Assembly (NCBI GenBank): GCA_963708065.1
Contig: CAVPRZ010000004.1
Location: 511,863 to 575,862, forward strand
Direction: 5' to 3'
Source: an uncultured Chloroflexia bacterium
GTDB taxonomy: Bacteria; Chloroflexota; Limnocylindria; Limnocylindrales; CSP1-4
Length of the DNA: 64,000 nt
The translations under genes and the position numbers were made by a program. The notes under the pieces were generated by a model. That model made no database searches. It saw only the letters and a list, made by a program, of their open reading frames with translations, and had not been told where the DNA came from. This document shows positions 10,901 to 21,985 of this stretch, in pieces (within the stretch, counting starts at the first letter, position 1; each line of letters begins with the position of its first letter).

Positions 10901-10977
10901 TGGCCAAGCCGTTCGATCTCACCACGGTGACCCGGGCCGTCAGCGACGTCATCGAGCGCCTCGGGCTGGCCAGCTGA
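7951..10977 (+). CDS. Hybrid sensor histidine kinase (PAS-GAF-GAF-PAS-HisKA-HATPase-REC)
   Basis: VAHELNNP H-box, NLTSNG, DDGPG, FFTTK-GTGLGL; C-terminal receiver domain (LVLDDE...VDHRM...AKPF). Confidence 0.95.
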   Translation: MAEPDAAPAPYRPDPHEPATLATLRVVAASADDAFIVTDLEARVRVWNAAAERLYGIETGAAVGQWIYELTDATIVGEVDVPNWLPREIALATGAWHGRVVERPRIGRAVGREVVVETALSRLVDEDGELLGVLNIKRDITTAYRLERELATLGSLATATGRARSQVEIAETAIELLCTASGAQVGAIARLEGDQAAIVASRGLDAATRAKVAPMADRDSPILVAIQAPGTVLAGPLDALSLSPAGRSVLAAVGLGAMAAVGLHRGDELIGALALAWSDATDPRPSSASLLQAAAHVERALENARLIEEITARVEAERGLLRRLDVLDELTELGLAVRTPDELADRSARLVREALQASGIAYGLFTADGSAYEATRLVDIRSPMADYLASSSPAEWQVFRRWVAGEGSIFEAYEPGRFDDDVLALAAASGVTAYAAIPIRVDGQLAGGIVAYFDRPAMELEVSQETLDSVARIVGISLANFRLRDRLEASQTRYRSLFELAPDAYVVCDAERWIVDANAAASVLLGLPLDELRARHIGDFLRTDEATRASALELIGREGRGVFAGLGYRADGSPFPREAEVAGIELGDERGYLVRIRDLTEQQRLQTELVQAQKMETVGILVSGVAHELNNPIASIIGLSTLIGRDPTLSADLRESATLLVDEAQRAGQIVRTFLDFVRSRPPERHPTSLKPLIETVRELQSYSQKGGITWVIDVEPGLPRVAIDRSQIQQVLINLTSNGIQAILADRPTGRLEVTARRGPPSETGPTVRITVTDDGPGVAASDRTKLFVPFFTTKAPGEGTGLGLPVSFDIIRRHEGRLRFEPGPGGRGARFVIELPVNAPAPRSGSAVAPIAEPPPAGTAVPRPGRRRGGRARAAPAAARRPRALVLDDEESIRTFLRKALTAAGFETIAVADGETAVSEVRAAPIDVALVDHRMAGMTGIDAFEAAVAIRPALAERWIFMSGDVLNPDLNAFAEARGIPLLAKPFDLTTVTRAVSDVIERLGLAS

Positions 10978-11030
10978 AGCCGGTGGGTTCGGCCTGCCGA
11001 CACGGGGCCGCCACGCGACGGCGAGGGGTC

Positions 11031-11892
11031 CTAGCGCGGGTAGCTGAAGAACCCGCGCCCGGTCTTCTGGCCGAGGTGGCCGGCCGCGACGAGCTCCTCG
11101 AGCACCTCGGGCGGGCGGAACTGCTCGCCGCCGAGTCCGTCGTGGAGGACGCCCAGGATCCCGAGGCAGACGTCGAGCCCGATGAAGTCGGCCAGCTCGA
11201 GCGGGCCCATCGGATGATTGAGCCCCACCTTCGCCCCCGTATCGATGTCCTCAGCGGTCCCGACGCCTTCCTGGAGGGCACGCATCGCCTCCGCCAGGAA
11301 CGGCATCAGGATCCGGTTGACCAGGAACCCGGGCCGATCGGCGCTGACGATGACCGACTTGCCGAGCTCGCCGGCGAGGCCACGGATGGCCGCCTCGGTC
11401 GCTGCGTCGGTGGCGCTCCCGCGGATCAGCTCGACGAGCGGCATGACCGGGACCGGGCTGAAGAAGTGCATCCCGGCGAACCTGCGCCCGACGCGCCGGC
11501 GCAAGGGCCGCTGCCAGCAGGTCGATCGAGATCGAGCTGGTGTTCGAGGCGAAGATCGAGCCCTCCGGCGCCCGCGCATCGAGCTCGCGCCACAGACCGG
11601 TCTTGACCGCGACATCCTCGAACACCGCCTCGACGACGAGGTCGGCCGAGCCGGCGGCCGCCAGGTCGTCGGTCGCCACGATCCGCCCGAGCGTCTCGTC
11701 CCGGGCCGTGTCCTCGAGGCGGCCCTTGGCCACGGCCCGCTCGAGGTTCCCGGCGATCCGCTCTCGTCCGGCCACGGCCCGGCCGAGGTCGGGCTCGTAG
11801 AGGGTCACCTGCTTGCCGATCGCCGCGTGGACCTGGGCGATCCCGTGGCCCATCAGCCCGGCGCCGGCGACGAAGACCCGCTCGATCGTCAC
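11031..11892 (-). CDS. 3-hydroxybutyryl-CoA dehydrogenase (frameshift near 11500)
   Basis: GAGLMGHG, SNTSSI, GMHFFSPVP and HPMGPLELADFIGLD motifs. Confidence 0.9.
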
Positions 11893-12930
11893 GATCCGCC
11901 CTCCCGCCCGATCGACCCGAGCAAGCGATCGGCGGCCGTGAACGGGTCGAGCTCGTGGTCGGCGACCGCGCGGAGGGTCGCCTCGGCGTCATCGGCGAGC
12001 GGTGCCGCCCGGAGGCGCTCGGCGATTCGATCGGCCAGGATCGCCCGGACCTGCGCCTCGGCCCGGGCGAGCCGGGCCGCACCCGCCGGGCCGTCCGCGC
12101 TCGCCGCCGACGGGTCGGGCCGGCGTCGATCGAGCGCCCCGAGGAGCTCGGCGACCCCCTCTCCCGTCGCCGCAGTCGTGATCATCACCTCCGGTCGCTT
12201 CGGCGCCGCGCGCGAAGCGCTGCGGGAGCCGGCCACGGCTCCCCCGTTGCCCGGCCGGTTCCCGGCCGCCGGCGCGGCCACGAGCATCGCCCGCAGCTGG
12301 GCCGCCGTCCGGGCGGCACCCGGCCGGTCACCCTTGTTGACGACGACGATGTCGGCGACCTCGAGGAGGCCGGCCTTGATCGCCTGGACCTCGTCGCCCA
12401 TCTCCGGCGCCTCGAGGACGACGGTCGTGTCGGCCGATGAGGCAACCTCGACCTCGCTCTGGCCGGTCCCGACTGTCTCGACGAGGACGAGCTCGAAGCC
12501 GACCGCGTCGAGGACCGCACAGGCCGCCCCCGTCGTCGAGGCGAGCCCGCCGGCGTGGCCGCGGGCGGCCATCGAGCGGATGAACACGTCGGGGTCGCCG
12601 GCGTAGGCCTGCATCCGGACCCGGTCGCCGAGGATCGCGCCGCCGGTGATCGGGCTGGACGGATCGACCGCCACGACCGCGACCGACCGGCCCGCCCGGC
12701 GCAGCTCGGCGATCAGCGCCGCGACGAGGGTCGACTTGCCCGAGCCCGGCGGCCCGGTGATCCCGACCAGGTGGGCCCGTCCGGCTCGTCGGGTAGAGCC
12801 GCCGGAGGGCGGCCTCGGCGACCGGGGTCCGGTTCTCGATCGCGGTGAGCACCCGGGCGAGGGCGCGCCGATCGCCGGCCAGGGCCGCCTCGGCGAGCTC
12901 CGTCCCGCGCTCGACCGGGTCGCCGGCCAC
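11889..12930 (-). CDS. meaB: Acyl-CoA mutase-associated GTPase MeaB (frameshift near 12790)
   Basis: ALARVLTAIEN, AVDPSSPITGGAILGDRVRM, ETVGTGQSE and NKGD motifs. Confidence 0.92.
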
Positions 12931-13334
12931 TAGGCGCGGGGGCGCGCGTTCGCCCGGATGAACTCGGCGACCTCGCCGATCGTCGTCCCGGGCCCGAAGA
13001 CAGCCGCCACGCCGGCGGCCTTGAGCGCGGGCACGTCGTCGTCGGGGATGATCCCGCCCGCGGTCACGAGGACGTCATCGAGGCCCTGCTCGTGGAGGAG
13101 CGCGCAGATCCGCGGCAGGAGCGTCATGTGGGCGCCCGACAGGATCGACAGGCCGACGACGTCGACGTCCTCCTGGAGCGCCGCCGAGGCGACCATCTCG
13201 GGGGTCTGGCGGAGCCCGGTGTAGACGACCTCGAAGCCCTCGTCGCGCAGCCCGCGGGCGAGCACCTTCGCCCCGCGATCGTGGCCGTCGAGCCCGGGCT
13301 TGGCGATGAGGACCTTGATCGGCCGGTCGGTCAT
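12930..13334 (-). CDS. Cobalamin-binding small subunit of acyl-CoA mutase
   Basis: [11 protein letters not shown]12-binding motif, SILSGAH, GGIIP. Confidence 0.95.
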   Translation of the reverse strand: MTDRPIKVLIAKPGLDGHDRGAKVLARGLRDEGFEVVYTGLRQTPEMVASAALQEDVDVVGLSILSGAHMTLLPRICALLHEQGLDDVLVTAGGIIPDDDVPALKAAGVAAVFGPGTTIGEVAEFIRANARPRA

Positions 13335-13418
13335 GGGCCCATTGTAGGGTCCCGGACAGGCGTCGCGGCCCGGTCGGAAGGCCGGGCCGCGACGGTTCTG
13401 GGCTGTATGGAGCGAGGG

Positions 13419-14546
13419 TCAGGGCTTGATCCGGAGCACCTCGCCGCCACCGATCGACACGCTGTTGTTCGAGACGTAGATCGCCCCGTTCCGGCCGACG
13501 GCGACGCCGCCGGGGGCGGTCAGGCGACCCGGCACGAGCTCGGTCACGACCCCATGCTTGACCTTGAGCAGGGCGCCGACCGTGTCGGTCCCGGCAAACA
13601 GGCCGGCCACGCCGGACTTGACGATCTCGGTCACGTACAGCGTCCCGTACTTGCCCCAGGCGAGCCCCACGATCGACGTGAAGCCGTCCATCCACAGGGT
13701 GCACGGCCCGCTCGTGGCGGTGGGATCGCAGGTGACGTTGCGCGCCCACGGCGCGACCCGCCAGATCCGCGAGGTCCCGGCCTGGAACGGGAAGCCCTTG
13801 AGCTCACCGACGTACCAGTAGCCGTCGGGACCGACGGCCACCGAGGTCGGAACGGCCTCGGCCGGCAGCGTGAGGCCCGGCGGGACCCCGAACGACGGCG
13901 GCAGCGAGTCCGTGGTGATGAGCTCGTTCGGGAACCGGGCGACCGTGACGATCTTCCCGCCCTTGATGAGCAGCAGGTCGTTGCCGGCCGCGTCGGTCAC
14001 GAGCGTCCGTCCGCGCGACAGGGCGGCGATCCCGTAGGGGTTCGACTCGGTCGGGTTGGACGGCTGGTCGAGGTCGGTCGGGTCGGGGTCGGTCACCTGG
14101 TAGGCGCCGATGTCGCCGAGGATCGCCGGCGTGCTGTGGCCGCGGATCCGGACGGCCGTCTCGAACAGCTTGTTGACGTCCTGGGGACCGCCGCCGATCG
14201 TCGCGACGATCCGGCCGTCCCGTCCGACCGAGACGCCGACGACGCCAGACACCTCGCCCTCCGGCGAGATGACCGAGGGGAGTCGGCCGCGGACGGTTCG
14301 CACGTGCGTGCCGCTGATCGCGGCGATCTTGCCGGTCAGGCCGTACCCGCTGGGGCCGCCCACCCCGGCCGCCGCGACCAGGACCCGGCCGTCCCAGGTG
14401 ACCGCGACGCCGCGCGGGTTGTTCAGGTGCTTGGCGATGACCTTGACCGATGGTCCGTGGGCCTCCATGGGCCCGGCCAGCGCGAGCGACAGGCCGACGA
14501 CGGCCGCGACTGCAAGCCCGATGCGTCGGGCGCGGCGATTCCGCAT
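13419..14546 (-). CDS. Secreted ScyD/ScyE-family beta-propeller protein
   Basis: Signal peptide; SNPYG, TDAAGNDLL and EAVPTSVAVGPDG..YVGEL.GFPF motifs; AAGGAGG RBS. Confidence 0.85.
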   Translation of the reverse strand: MRNRRARRIGLAVAAVVGLSLALAGPMEAHGPSVKVIAKHLNNPRGVAVTWDGRVLVAAAGVGGPSGYGLTGKIAAISGTHVRTVRGRLPSVISPEGEVSGVVGVSVGRDGRIVATIGGGPQDVNKLFETAVRIRGHSTPAILGDIGAYQVTDPDPTDLDQPSNPTESNPYGIAALSRGRTLVTDAAGNDLLLIKGGKIVTVARFPNELITTDSLPPSFGVPPGLTLPAEAVPTSVAVGPDGYWYVGELKGFPFQAGTSRIWRVAPWARNVTCDPTATSGPCTLWMDGFTSIVGLAWGKYGTLYVTEIVKSGVAGLFAGTDTVGALLKVKHGVVTELVPGRLTAPGGVAVGRNGAIYVSNNSVSIGGGEVLRIKP

Positions 14547-14725
14547 GAGCATCCCTCCTTGATCGGGCCCGGCATCGCCCGGATCCACGTCGGGACGGCC
14601 CGATCCCGGTGTGTTTCGCTGGGGGCGCCCACGATCGTGGCACGCGAGCACCACTTCGTACAGCCCGAACCCCGATCGCGTGGTGCGTCCGCGCACCACT
14701 TCCCTCTCGGCCGCCGGATCGGCAG

Positions 14726-15481
14726 TCAGCTGCGCGCGCCGCCCGAGACGGTGATGACCTCGCCGTTCACGAACGTGTTGTAGCCGGATCCCAGCCAGAC
14801 CACGACCCGGGCCACGTCGTCGGGAACGGCCAGCCGGCCGAGCGGGATCTGCCGCGCCATGGTCGCCTGGCGATCGGGCGGGACCGACGGGACGCCATCC
14901 CGCTCGGTGACGATCGTCGTCGGGGCGACGGCGTTGACCAGGATCCCGGACGGTCCGAGCTCCTTGGCGAGCGACCGGGTCAGCCCGACGATCCCGGCCT
15001 TCGCCGCCGCATAGTGGGCGGCCCGGGCGACCCCGACGAGACCCGATCGGGAGGCCAGGTTGACGATCCGACCGAACCCCGCGGCGGCCATCGCCGGGGC
15101 GGCCGCGCGCGACACCCGGAACGTCACCCCGAGCATGTCGTCGACGACGCTCGCCCAGCTCGCCTCGTCGGTGTCGGCGAGGGCCTCGGTCCGGTAGTGC
15201 GAGGTGTTGTTCACGACGACGGCCAGCGGGCCGAGCTCGCGCTCGACCGTCTCGACGAGCCGTTCCACCGCGGCGGGGTCGCCCAGGTCGGCCCGGATCG
15301 CCACCGCGCGCCCCCCGGCGGACACGATCCGGGCGGCGACGCCTTCCGCTCGCTCCGCGCTCTTCCGATAGTGGACGGCCACGCGGGCGCCCTCGACCGC
15401 GAACCGTTCGCAGAACGTCGGACCGGCCCCGCCGCCGGCCCCGGTGACGAGGACGACCCGGTCGCCCAGCCCCGCGTCCAT
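14726..15481 (-). CDS. SDR family oxidoreductase (FabG-like)
   Basis: VTGAGGGAG, YAAAK and VNAVAP motifs. Confidence 0.9.
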   Translation of the reverse strand: MDAGLGDRVVLVTGAGGGAGPTFCERFAVEGARVAVHYRKSAERAEGVAARIVSAGGRAVAIRADLGDPAAVERLVETVERELGPLAVVVNNTSHYRTEALADTDEASWASVVDDMLGVTFRVSRAAAPAMAAAGFGRIVNLASRSGLVGVARAAHYAAAKAGIVGLTRSLAKELGPSGILVNAVAPTTIVTERDGVPSVPPDRQATMARQIPLGRLAVPDDVARVVVWLGSGYNTFVNGEVITVSGGARS

Positions 15482-15491
15482 GCCGGGTCGC

Positions 15492-16173
15492 TCAGGCGCC
15501 GGGAGCGCGACGCTCGAGGTGAGCCAGGAACTCGGAGCGGGTCTTGTCGCGCGACCGGAACAGGCCGAGGACGGCGCTGGTCGTCATCACCGTGCCCGGC
15601 TTGCGCACGCCGCGCATGGACGGCGCACAGGTGGGTCGCCTCGAGCACCACGCCGACACCCTGGGGCTGGAGGTTGTCCTGGAGGAAGTACGGCGATCTC
15701 CTGGGTCAGCCGCTCCTGGACCTGGAGGCGGCGGGCGTACATCTCGACGACCCGCGGGATCTTCGACAGCCCGAGGACGCGCCCGTGCGGGATGTAGGCC
15801 ACGGCCGCCGAGCCGAAGAACGGCAGGAGATGGTGCTCGCACAGGCTGTAGAACGGGATGTCCTTGACGACCACCATCTCCGAGTAGTCCACCTCGAAGA
15901 TCGCCCCGTTGATGAGGCGGGCCGGGTCGACGTGGTAGCCGGCGGTCAGCTCGGTGTACATCCGGTGGACCCGGGCGGGCGTCCCGCGGAGACCCTCGCG
16001 GTCGGGATCCTCGCCGATCTCCGTCAGGATCTCGCGGACGGCGGCCTCGACCCGGCCGTTGCCGTCGGGCGCGCGCAGGGAGCCGCCCTCGATCGGCTGC
16101 CGTCGGCTCCTCGCCCAATCTCGGTCTCGATCTCGGCGACGATCTTGCGGACGTGCTCGGGCAGGACGCTCAT
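15492..16173 (-). CDS. folE: GTP cyclohydrolase I (multiple frameshifts)
   Basis: [60 protein letters not shown]. Confidence 0.92.
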
Positions 16174-16252
16174 CGTTCTCCTCTACGCCGCCGATGGTAA
16201 CCCGGGTTCGCGGGCTCGTCGCCCCGTGGTTGCCGCCGGTCGTCTGGCGCGG

Positions 16253-17372
16253 CTAGCTGCGCGTGCCGGTCGCGCCCCAGCCGCCGGCCGGGACGAGGTC
16301 GAGCGGACGTCCCTCGACGCCGCGCAGCCAGGCCCGGGCGTTCTCGCCGAGGGTCGGCCGGTGGTAGCCGCCCTCCTGGAGGATGACCAGCCGCCGCCCG
16401 AGCGCCGCGACCCGCCGGCCGATCTCGTGGTAGACCGGGGTCGTGAGGGCGAAGTCGCAGATCGGATCGTGGCCGTACGTGTCGAAGCCAAGCGAGACGA
16501 CCACGACCGACCCCGGCGTCTCGGCGATCGCCTCGAGCGCCCGGTCGAGGACCTCCAGGTAGCGCTCGTCGGTCGACGCCCGCCTCGAGCGGCAGGTTGA
16601 GGTTGGCGCCCGCCCCCGGTCCCTCGCCCGTCTCGTCGGCCCGCCCGAGGAAGTACGGGTACTGGCGGTCCGGATCGGCGTGGATCGAGGCGTACAGGAC
16701 GTCGCCGCGGCGCCAGAAGATCTGCTCGGTGCCGTTCCCGTGGTGGTAGTCGAGATCGAGGATCGCGACCCGCTCGCCCGTCCGGCCGACGATCGACTCG
16801 GCCGCGATCGCGGCGTTGTTGAAGTAGCAGTAGCCGGCGTACATCGAGCGGGCCGCGTGGTGCCCCGGCGGGCGGCACAGGCCGTAGGCGGCCGTCTCAC
16901 CCCGATCGAGCACGAGGTCGACCGTCGTGAGCGCCGCGTCGACCGCCCCGCGCGCCGCGCCGTACGTGCCGGCGACGATCGGCGTCGACGTGTCGAGCGC
17001 CCAGTGGCCGGTCCGCCCGAGGATCGCCGGCCGGTTCGCGGACGTGGCGCCGGGACTCGGGGCCGAAGCCCTCGAACAGGCCGCCCACCGAGAGCGTGTC
17101 CGGGATGAGCGCGACGTCGGCCGACGCCCTCCCGGCGGGCCTGCGGCCAGGCCTCCTCGAGGAAGCGGACGAGCCCTGGGTCGTGGACCGCGAGGATCGG
17201 GTCGAGGCCGTGGTCGGTCGGCTCGCCGATCCGGAACCCGCCGTCCGCCTCGAGGGCCACCCGGATCCGTTCCGCCCGCTCGGGAACCTCGTAGGCCGGG
17301 ATCGACGCCCCGGCGATGCGTCTCGCGCACGACGTCGTGGGCCAGGTGGACGGGCGTGTAGACGACGCGCAT
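16253..17372 (-). CDS. Histone deacetylase family protein, acetylpolyamine amidohydrolase-like (frameshifted)
   Basis: EVPERAE, RPPGHHA, GYCYFNNAA, DLDYHHGNGT, SLGFDT and QEGGY motifs. Confidence 0.9.
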
Positions 17373-17408
17373 CGGGACCTCCGGGAGGGCAGCGGCTCAG
17401 CGTCGATG

Positions 17409-18354
17409 CTAGCGGGCCGCGAGCCGCAGGATCGCCCCGGCCAGCTCGGCAGGGCGGTAGCGGGGCAGGTTGTGGCCGTCCGCGGGGAACCAGCCGACGT
17501 CCGGCCGCGGGCAGGCCGGCCGCGCGACGGGCCGCGCCGAGCTCGGCCAGGGCGGCCTCCTTGGCCCGGTCCTCGTCGTCGACGGCGACGAGCGCAACGA
17601 CCGGGACGTCGAGCTCGGCGAGCGTCTCGAACGGCCGGAACGCGAAGATCGCCTCGACCGACCGCTCGAGCGCATGCGGCCGGATCGCCGGAACGACGTG
17701 ACCGGCCGGGACCTCCACGACCGTTGCCCGGGCCGCCCGCTCCTCGTCGGTGTCCCAGTGGGCCGGGTCCCAGGCGCGCCGGTCCTCGAGGAACGCGTCC
17801 ATCGAGCGCATGACCTCGGGCGGCTCGGCCAGGTCCCGCAGCCACTCGGCCGGGGTCGCCCCGGTCTCCGCCGCGACGTCCTGCCAGCCCCCGTCGACGA
17901 GGACGAGCCCGGCGCAACGATCAGCCAGCTCCCCGGCCGCCCAGGCCGCCACCATCCCGCCGTAGCCGTGCCCCGCGAGGACGACCCGTCGGGGCCGGGC
18001 GGGGTCGTCGGCGCCGACGAGGCCGGCACCCTCGGCCACCGCGACGAGGTCCCCGGCCAACGTCTCGGGGTCGTACGGATCCGTCGGAGCGTCCGAGAGG
18101 CCGTGGCCGCGCAGGTCGACGGCGACCGTCCGGACCGCGCGGCGGAGCCGGCGCGCGACGGCCGTCCACGTCCAGGCCGTGCCCGCGAGGCCATGGACGA
18201 GCAGGACCCCGGTCGCGTCCAGCGCGTCCGGCCCGCCCCAGTCCAGGAAGTGGATCCGCTCGCCCGGCGCCAGCTCGACGACGAACCCGTCGGGCTCGGC
18301 CGCGCGATCCGGCTCGGGCGACAGCGCCGCGAGGTCGGCGGCAGGCAGGTCCAT
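17409..18354 (-). CDS. Alpha/beta hydrolase fold protein (frameshift near 17505); GHGYG at nucleophile elbow
   Basis: LVHGLAG, DLRGHGLSD, LVLVDGG, C-terminal GHNL. Confidence 0.85.
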
Positions 18355-18375
18355 CCGACCTAGGATACGGGCGTC

Positions 18376-18789
18376 ATGTCCAAGCGACGCCGCGGTGCCC
18401 GATCCGCCTTCGCCAGCCGCCGTCGCGCCGATGAGCGCTTCGAACGGCTCGTCGAGCGCGCCCTCGACGGGATCCCGCCGCCCTTCTCGGCCGCCCTCGA
18501 CGAGGTCGCAATCGTCATCGAGGACGATGCCTCCGACGAGCAGCTCGACATCGCCGGGCTGGGCCGCGAGGACGCCCTCTACGGGCTGTACGAGGGGACG
18601 CCACGGACGGCCTGGGGCGCCGACCTCGTGCCGTTCCCGAACAAGATCAGCCTCTTCCGGATCCCGCTCGAGGAGGACTTCCCCGACCCCGACGACCTCG
18701 CCGAGGAGGTCCGGGTGACGGTGATCCACGAGCTGGCCCATCACCTCGGGATCGACGACGACCGGCTCGAGGAGCTCGGCCTCGACTGA
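18376..18789 (+). CDS. Zincin-like metallopeptidase family protein
   Basis: LYGLYEG and TVIHELAHHLGIDD (HExxH). Confidence 0.9.
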   Translation: MSKRRRGARSAFASRRRADERFERLVERALDGIPPPFSAALDEVAIVIEDDASDEQLDIAGLGREDALYGLYEGTPRTAWGADLVPFPNKISLFRIPLEEDFPDPDDLAEEVRVTVIHELAHHLGIDDDRLEELGLD

Positions 18790-20017
18790 TCAGCCGAACT
18801 CGTTGAGGATGGATCCCGCGGCCAGCAGGAGGCCGATCAGGATTCCCACGATCATCGGCCAGCTCAGCCAGGCGGGCCGGTCCCGGGGCAGCTCCCCGGG
18901 CACCTCGTCCCGCGCCCGGTCGAGCCCACCCGAGTAGCCGGTCAGGCCGAGGAACGCGACGACCTGGGTGGCCGAGGTGAGCGCCCCGACCGAGAACACC
19001 AGCGTCCAGCCGGCAAACAGGGCGAGCAGGATCAGGCCGGCGCCGACGACGAACCCGGCGAGGTTGCCCGGATCGAGCGACCGGATCTCGGCGCTGAACG
19101 GCTCGAGGATCCGGCCGGCGAGGTCCAGCCCGGCTGCGGCCGCGAACAGCAGCAGGTAGTTGGCCACGACCGAGAAGAGCGACAGCACCAGGGCGAGCCG
19201 AAATCGCGCCCGGGCCAGCCGGACCGAGCGGCGGATCGCCTCGACCGAGCCGACGTCGCCGAGGACGATCCCGACCGCCACGTAGACGAACGGGGCCATG
19301 ATCACCCCGACGAGCAGGTTGGTCCCGACCAGGGGCACGTCGGTGTCGGGCCCGAAGATCGGGTTGACGACACCGAGGATGAGCTGGTTGAGGACCGCAT
19401 CGACGATCGTCAGCAGGGCGGTCGCCCGGAACATCCGCCAGAACACGGTCCGCGATCGGCGGAGCCCCTCGCGCAGGCTGAGCGGCCGTCCGGTGCTCGC
19501 GCCGCCCACGATCGCCAGGCCGATGATCTGGCTCTCCAGGGCGACGGCCACGAGGGCGAACAGGAGGAGGTAGAGCGCCGCCACGTCGAGCCCGGGCTGC
19601 TCCGACGGCAAGGCAGCCTCGAAGTCGATGCTGAATGCCGGATCGGCCACGATCGCGATCAAGGCCGGGCCCATCGTCAGCAGGCCGAGCAGCCCGATGT
19701 AGAGGGATGCGTTGCGGAGCGGTCCGCGAGCCTGGGTGACGAGATCGAACGCCCCCGACAGGACCGCCCCGACTCGCGGCCAGACCGGAGCGGCGGGAGG
19801 GCTCGCAACGGGGAGTGGCTCCGGCGCGGTCAGTGGCTCCGCGGCGGGGCAGTGGCTCCGCGACGGGAAGTGACTCCGCGGATGCCGGCGACGGAGCCAG
19901 CGTCGGCTCCTGAGCCGGTGCCGGCGCCGGCTCCCGGGCCTCGAGACCGGTCGCGAGATCCGCGAACGGGCCGTCCGACCCGGGCCCGGGCGCCTCGGGT
20001 GGTCCGGCGTCGCTCAT
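18790..20017 (-). CDS. Hypothetical multi-pass membrane protein with Pro-rich N-terminus (frameshifted)
   Basis: Hydrophobic ORF 18790..19674 extends upstream across indels to an ATG at 20017 overlapping the upstream gene's stop. Confidence 0.7.
19814..19878 (-). repeat. Four ~18-bp imperfect repeats encoding AEPLPx-like units
   Basis: AGTGGCTCCG at 19814, 19832, 19851 and AGTGACTCCG at 19869; the 19-bp spacing marks an indel. Confidence 0.7.
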
Positions 20018-21033
20018 CGAGCGTCCCCGGGGAGCGACCCGGCCGCGGTGATCAGCTCGTGGAACCGGTCGAGCGCGACGTTGCCACCGGAGGCGACGAC
20101 GCAGACCGTCTCGCCAGCGCGGATCGGGATCCGCCCGTCGAGCACCGCCCCGAGCGCGGCCGAGCCGGCCGGCTCGAGGACCTGCTTCATCCGCTCGGCG
20201 GCGAAGCGGAGCCCGGCGAGGATCGTCGCGTCGTCGAGCAGCACGATCCCGTCGAGGTAGCGGCGACACATCGCCAGCGTCCACTCCCCGGCGAACGGCG
20301 CCCCGAGGCCGTCGGCGACGCTTCTCGGCTGGATCGTGACGACCTCGCCCCGCTCGAGCGCAAGCGACATGGCGTTCGACGCCTCCGGCTCCACGCCGTA
20401 GACCCGGACGCCCGGCCGGCGCTCCTTGACGGCTGCGGCAACCCCGCTGATGAGCCCGCCGCCCCCGATCCCGACCACGACGACGTCGACGTCGGGAAGG
20501 TCCTCGACGATCTCGAGCCCGAGCGACCCGTGGCCGGCGATCACGTCCGGATCGTCGAACGGGTGGGCGAACGTGAGCCCGCGCTCAGCGCGGATCTCCT
20601 CGAGCCGGACGAGCGACTCACCCACGTGCTCCCCGTGAAGGACGACCTCCGCTCCGTAGCCCACACAGGCCTCGACCTTCGACCGGACGGCGCCGGCCGG
20701 CATCACGACGACGGTCGGCACGCCAGCCTGGCCGCCGGCCCAGGCGTAGGCCTGCCCCGCGTTGCCGGCCGACAGCGTGATGATCCCCGCCCGACGCTGA
20801 TCGGCGGTCAGCGCCGCCACCTTGGCCGTCATGCCGCGCGGCTTGAACGAGCCCGTGACCTGGAGCTGCTCCGCCTTGACGAGCAGCCGGTCGCCCGCCA
20901 GCCGCGTGCCGCTCGCTGCCCGGACGAAGCGAGCCGCGGTCGATGAGCCGAGGATCGGCGTCCGATGGACGCGGGTCGCCACGACCTCACGGGCCGCGAG
21001 GATCCGCTCGAGCGGCACGAGTCGGTCGGGCAT
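20014..21033 (-). CDS. Threonine/serine dehydratase family PLP enzyme
   Basis: KAEQLQVTGSFKPRG, SAGNAG, HPFDD, GGGGLISG and SGGN motifs. Confidence 0.92.
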   Translation of the reverse strand: MPDRLVPLERILAAREVVATRVHRTPILGSSTAARFVRAASGTRLAGDRLLVKAEQLQVTGSFKPRGMTAKVAALTADQRRAGIITLSAGNAGQAYAWAGGQAGVPTVVVMPAGAVRSKVEACVGYGAEVVLHGEHVGESLVRLEEIRAERGLTFAHPFDDPDVIAGHGSLGLEIVEDLPDVDVVVVGIGGGGLISGVAAAVKERRPGVRVYGVEPEASNAMSLALERGEVVTIQPRSVADGLGAPFAGEWTLAMCRRYLDGIVLLDDATILAGLRFAAERMKQVLEPAGSAALGAVLDGRIPIRAGETVCVVASGGNVALDRFHELITAAGSLPGDAR

Positions 21034-21134
21034 CGCCGCAGTATCGCAGACAGGATCGGCAAATCCGCCGTGGCCGGGCCCGGCCACGGCCGGGAAACGA
21101 GACGCTGCCGTGGACTTGCGTGTTTGCGCAATCA

Positions 21135-21458
21135 ATGATAGTCTCGGTGCGTGCTGGAGACGGCGGCCCGACCACGACCACGACCGAGCTCGACCGACAG
21201 CGGTTCGCCGCGGTCGGCCGGGCCCTCGCCGACCCCAAGCGGCTGTGCGTCCTCGAGTCGCTCGCCGCGGGGGAGCTCTCCGTCGGCGACCTGTCGACCC
21301 GGGTCGGCTGCCAGGTCCCCAACATGAGCCAGCACCTCGCGGTGCTCCGGAGCGCCGGGCTCGTCGCGACGCGGCGCGATGGCAGCACCGTCTTCTACCG
21401 CCTCGCGGACCCGCGAGTCCTCGAGGCCTACCGACTCATCCAGACGATCGCCCGGTAG
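21135..21458 (+). CDS. ArsR/SmtB family transcriptional regulator (start uncertain)
   Basis: ALADPKRL, SQHLAVLRSAGLV and TVFYRL motifs. Confidence 0.9.
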   Translation: MIVSVRAGDGGPTTTTTELDRQRFAAVGRALADPKRLCVLESLAAGELSVGDLSTRVGCQVPNMSQHLAVLRSAGLVATRRDGSTVFYRLADPRVLEAYRLIQTIAR

Positions 21459-21503
21459 GGCGACCCACGGTCCCCGCGGAGCGGGAGAAAGGATCCGGGC
21501 CCG

Positions 21504-21891
21504 ATGGCCGAGATCAAGGTAGTGACCGACGCGACGTTCGAGGAGATCGTCCTCAAGAACGAGCGTCCGGTCGTCGTCGACTTCTGGGCGACCTGGTGCG
21601 GGCCGTGCAAGATGGTCGCACCCGAGATGGAGAAGATCGCCGCGAAGTACGACGGGCAGGTCGACGTCGTCAAGGTCGACGTCGACGCGAACCCCGGCCT
21701 CTCCCGGGCGTTCAACATCATGAGCATCCCCACGATCGCGTTCTTCAAGCCCGGCGCCCAGCCGCAGGGCGTCGTCGGCTTCCGTCCGATGGAGCAGCTC
21801 GAGGTCGCAGTTCGGCCTCGCCGAGTTCAACCGGCCGAAGGTGGCCGAGGCCAGCCCGGCCGAGGCTCCCGCGGGCGACGCCGGCGCCTGA
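21504..21891 (+). CDS. trxA: Thioredoxin (frameshift near 21810)
   Basis: VDFWATWCGPCK and IMSIPT; corrected C-terminus ends at TGA 21889-21891. Confidence 0.92.
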
Positions 21892-21923
21892 CCCCGCCGC
21901 CGGCACACCGGCCCGTCACCATG

Positions 21924-21948
21924 GAGACCCCGGCACGTCCGGGGTCTC
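21924..21948. terminator. Hairpin between convergent genes
   Basis: GAGACCCCGG-CACGT-CCGGGGTCTC, 10-bp stem. Confidence 0.6.
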
Positions 21949-21985
21949 GGTCTGTCCGGGGCCGGCGGGCCGGAGCGCCGGGCGA

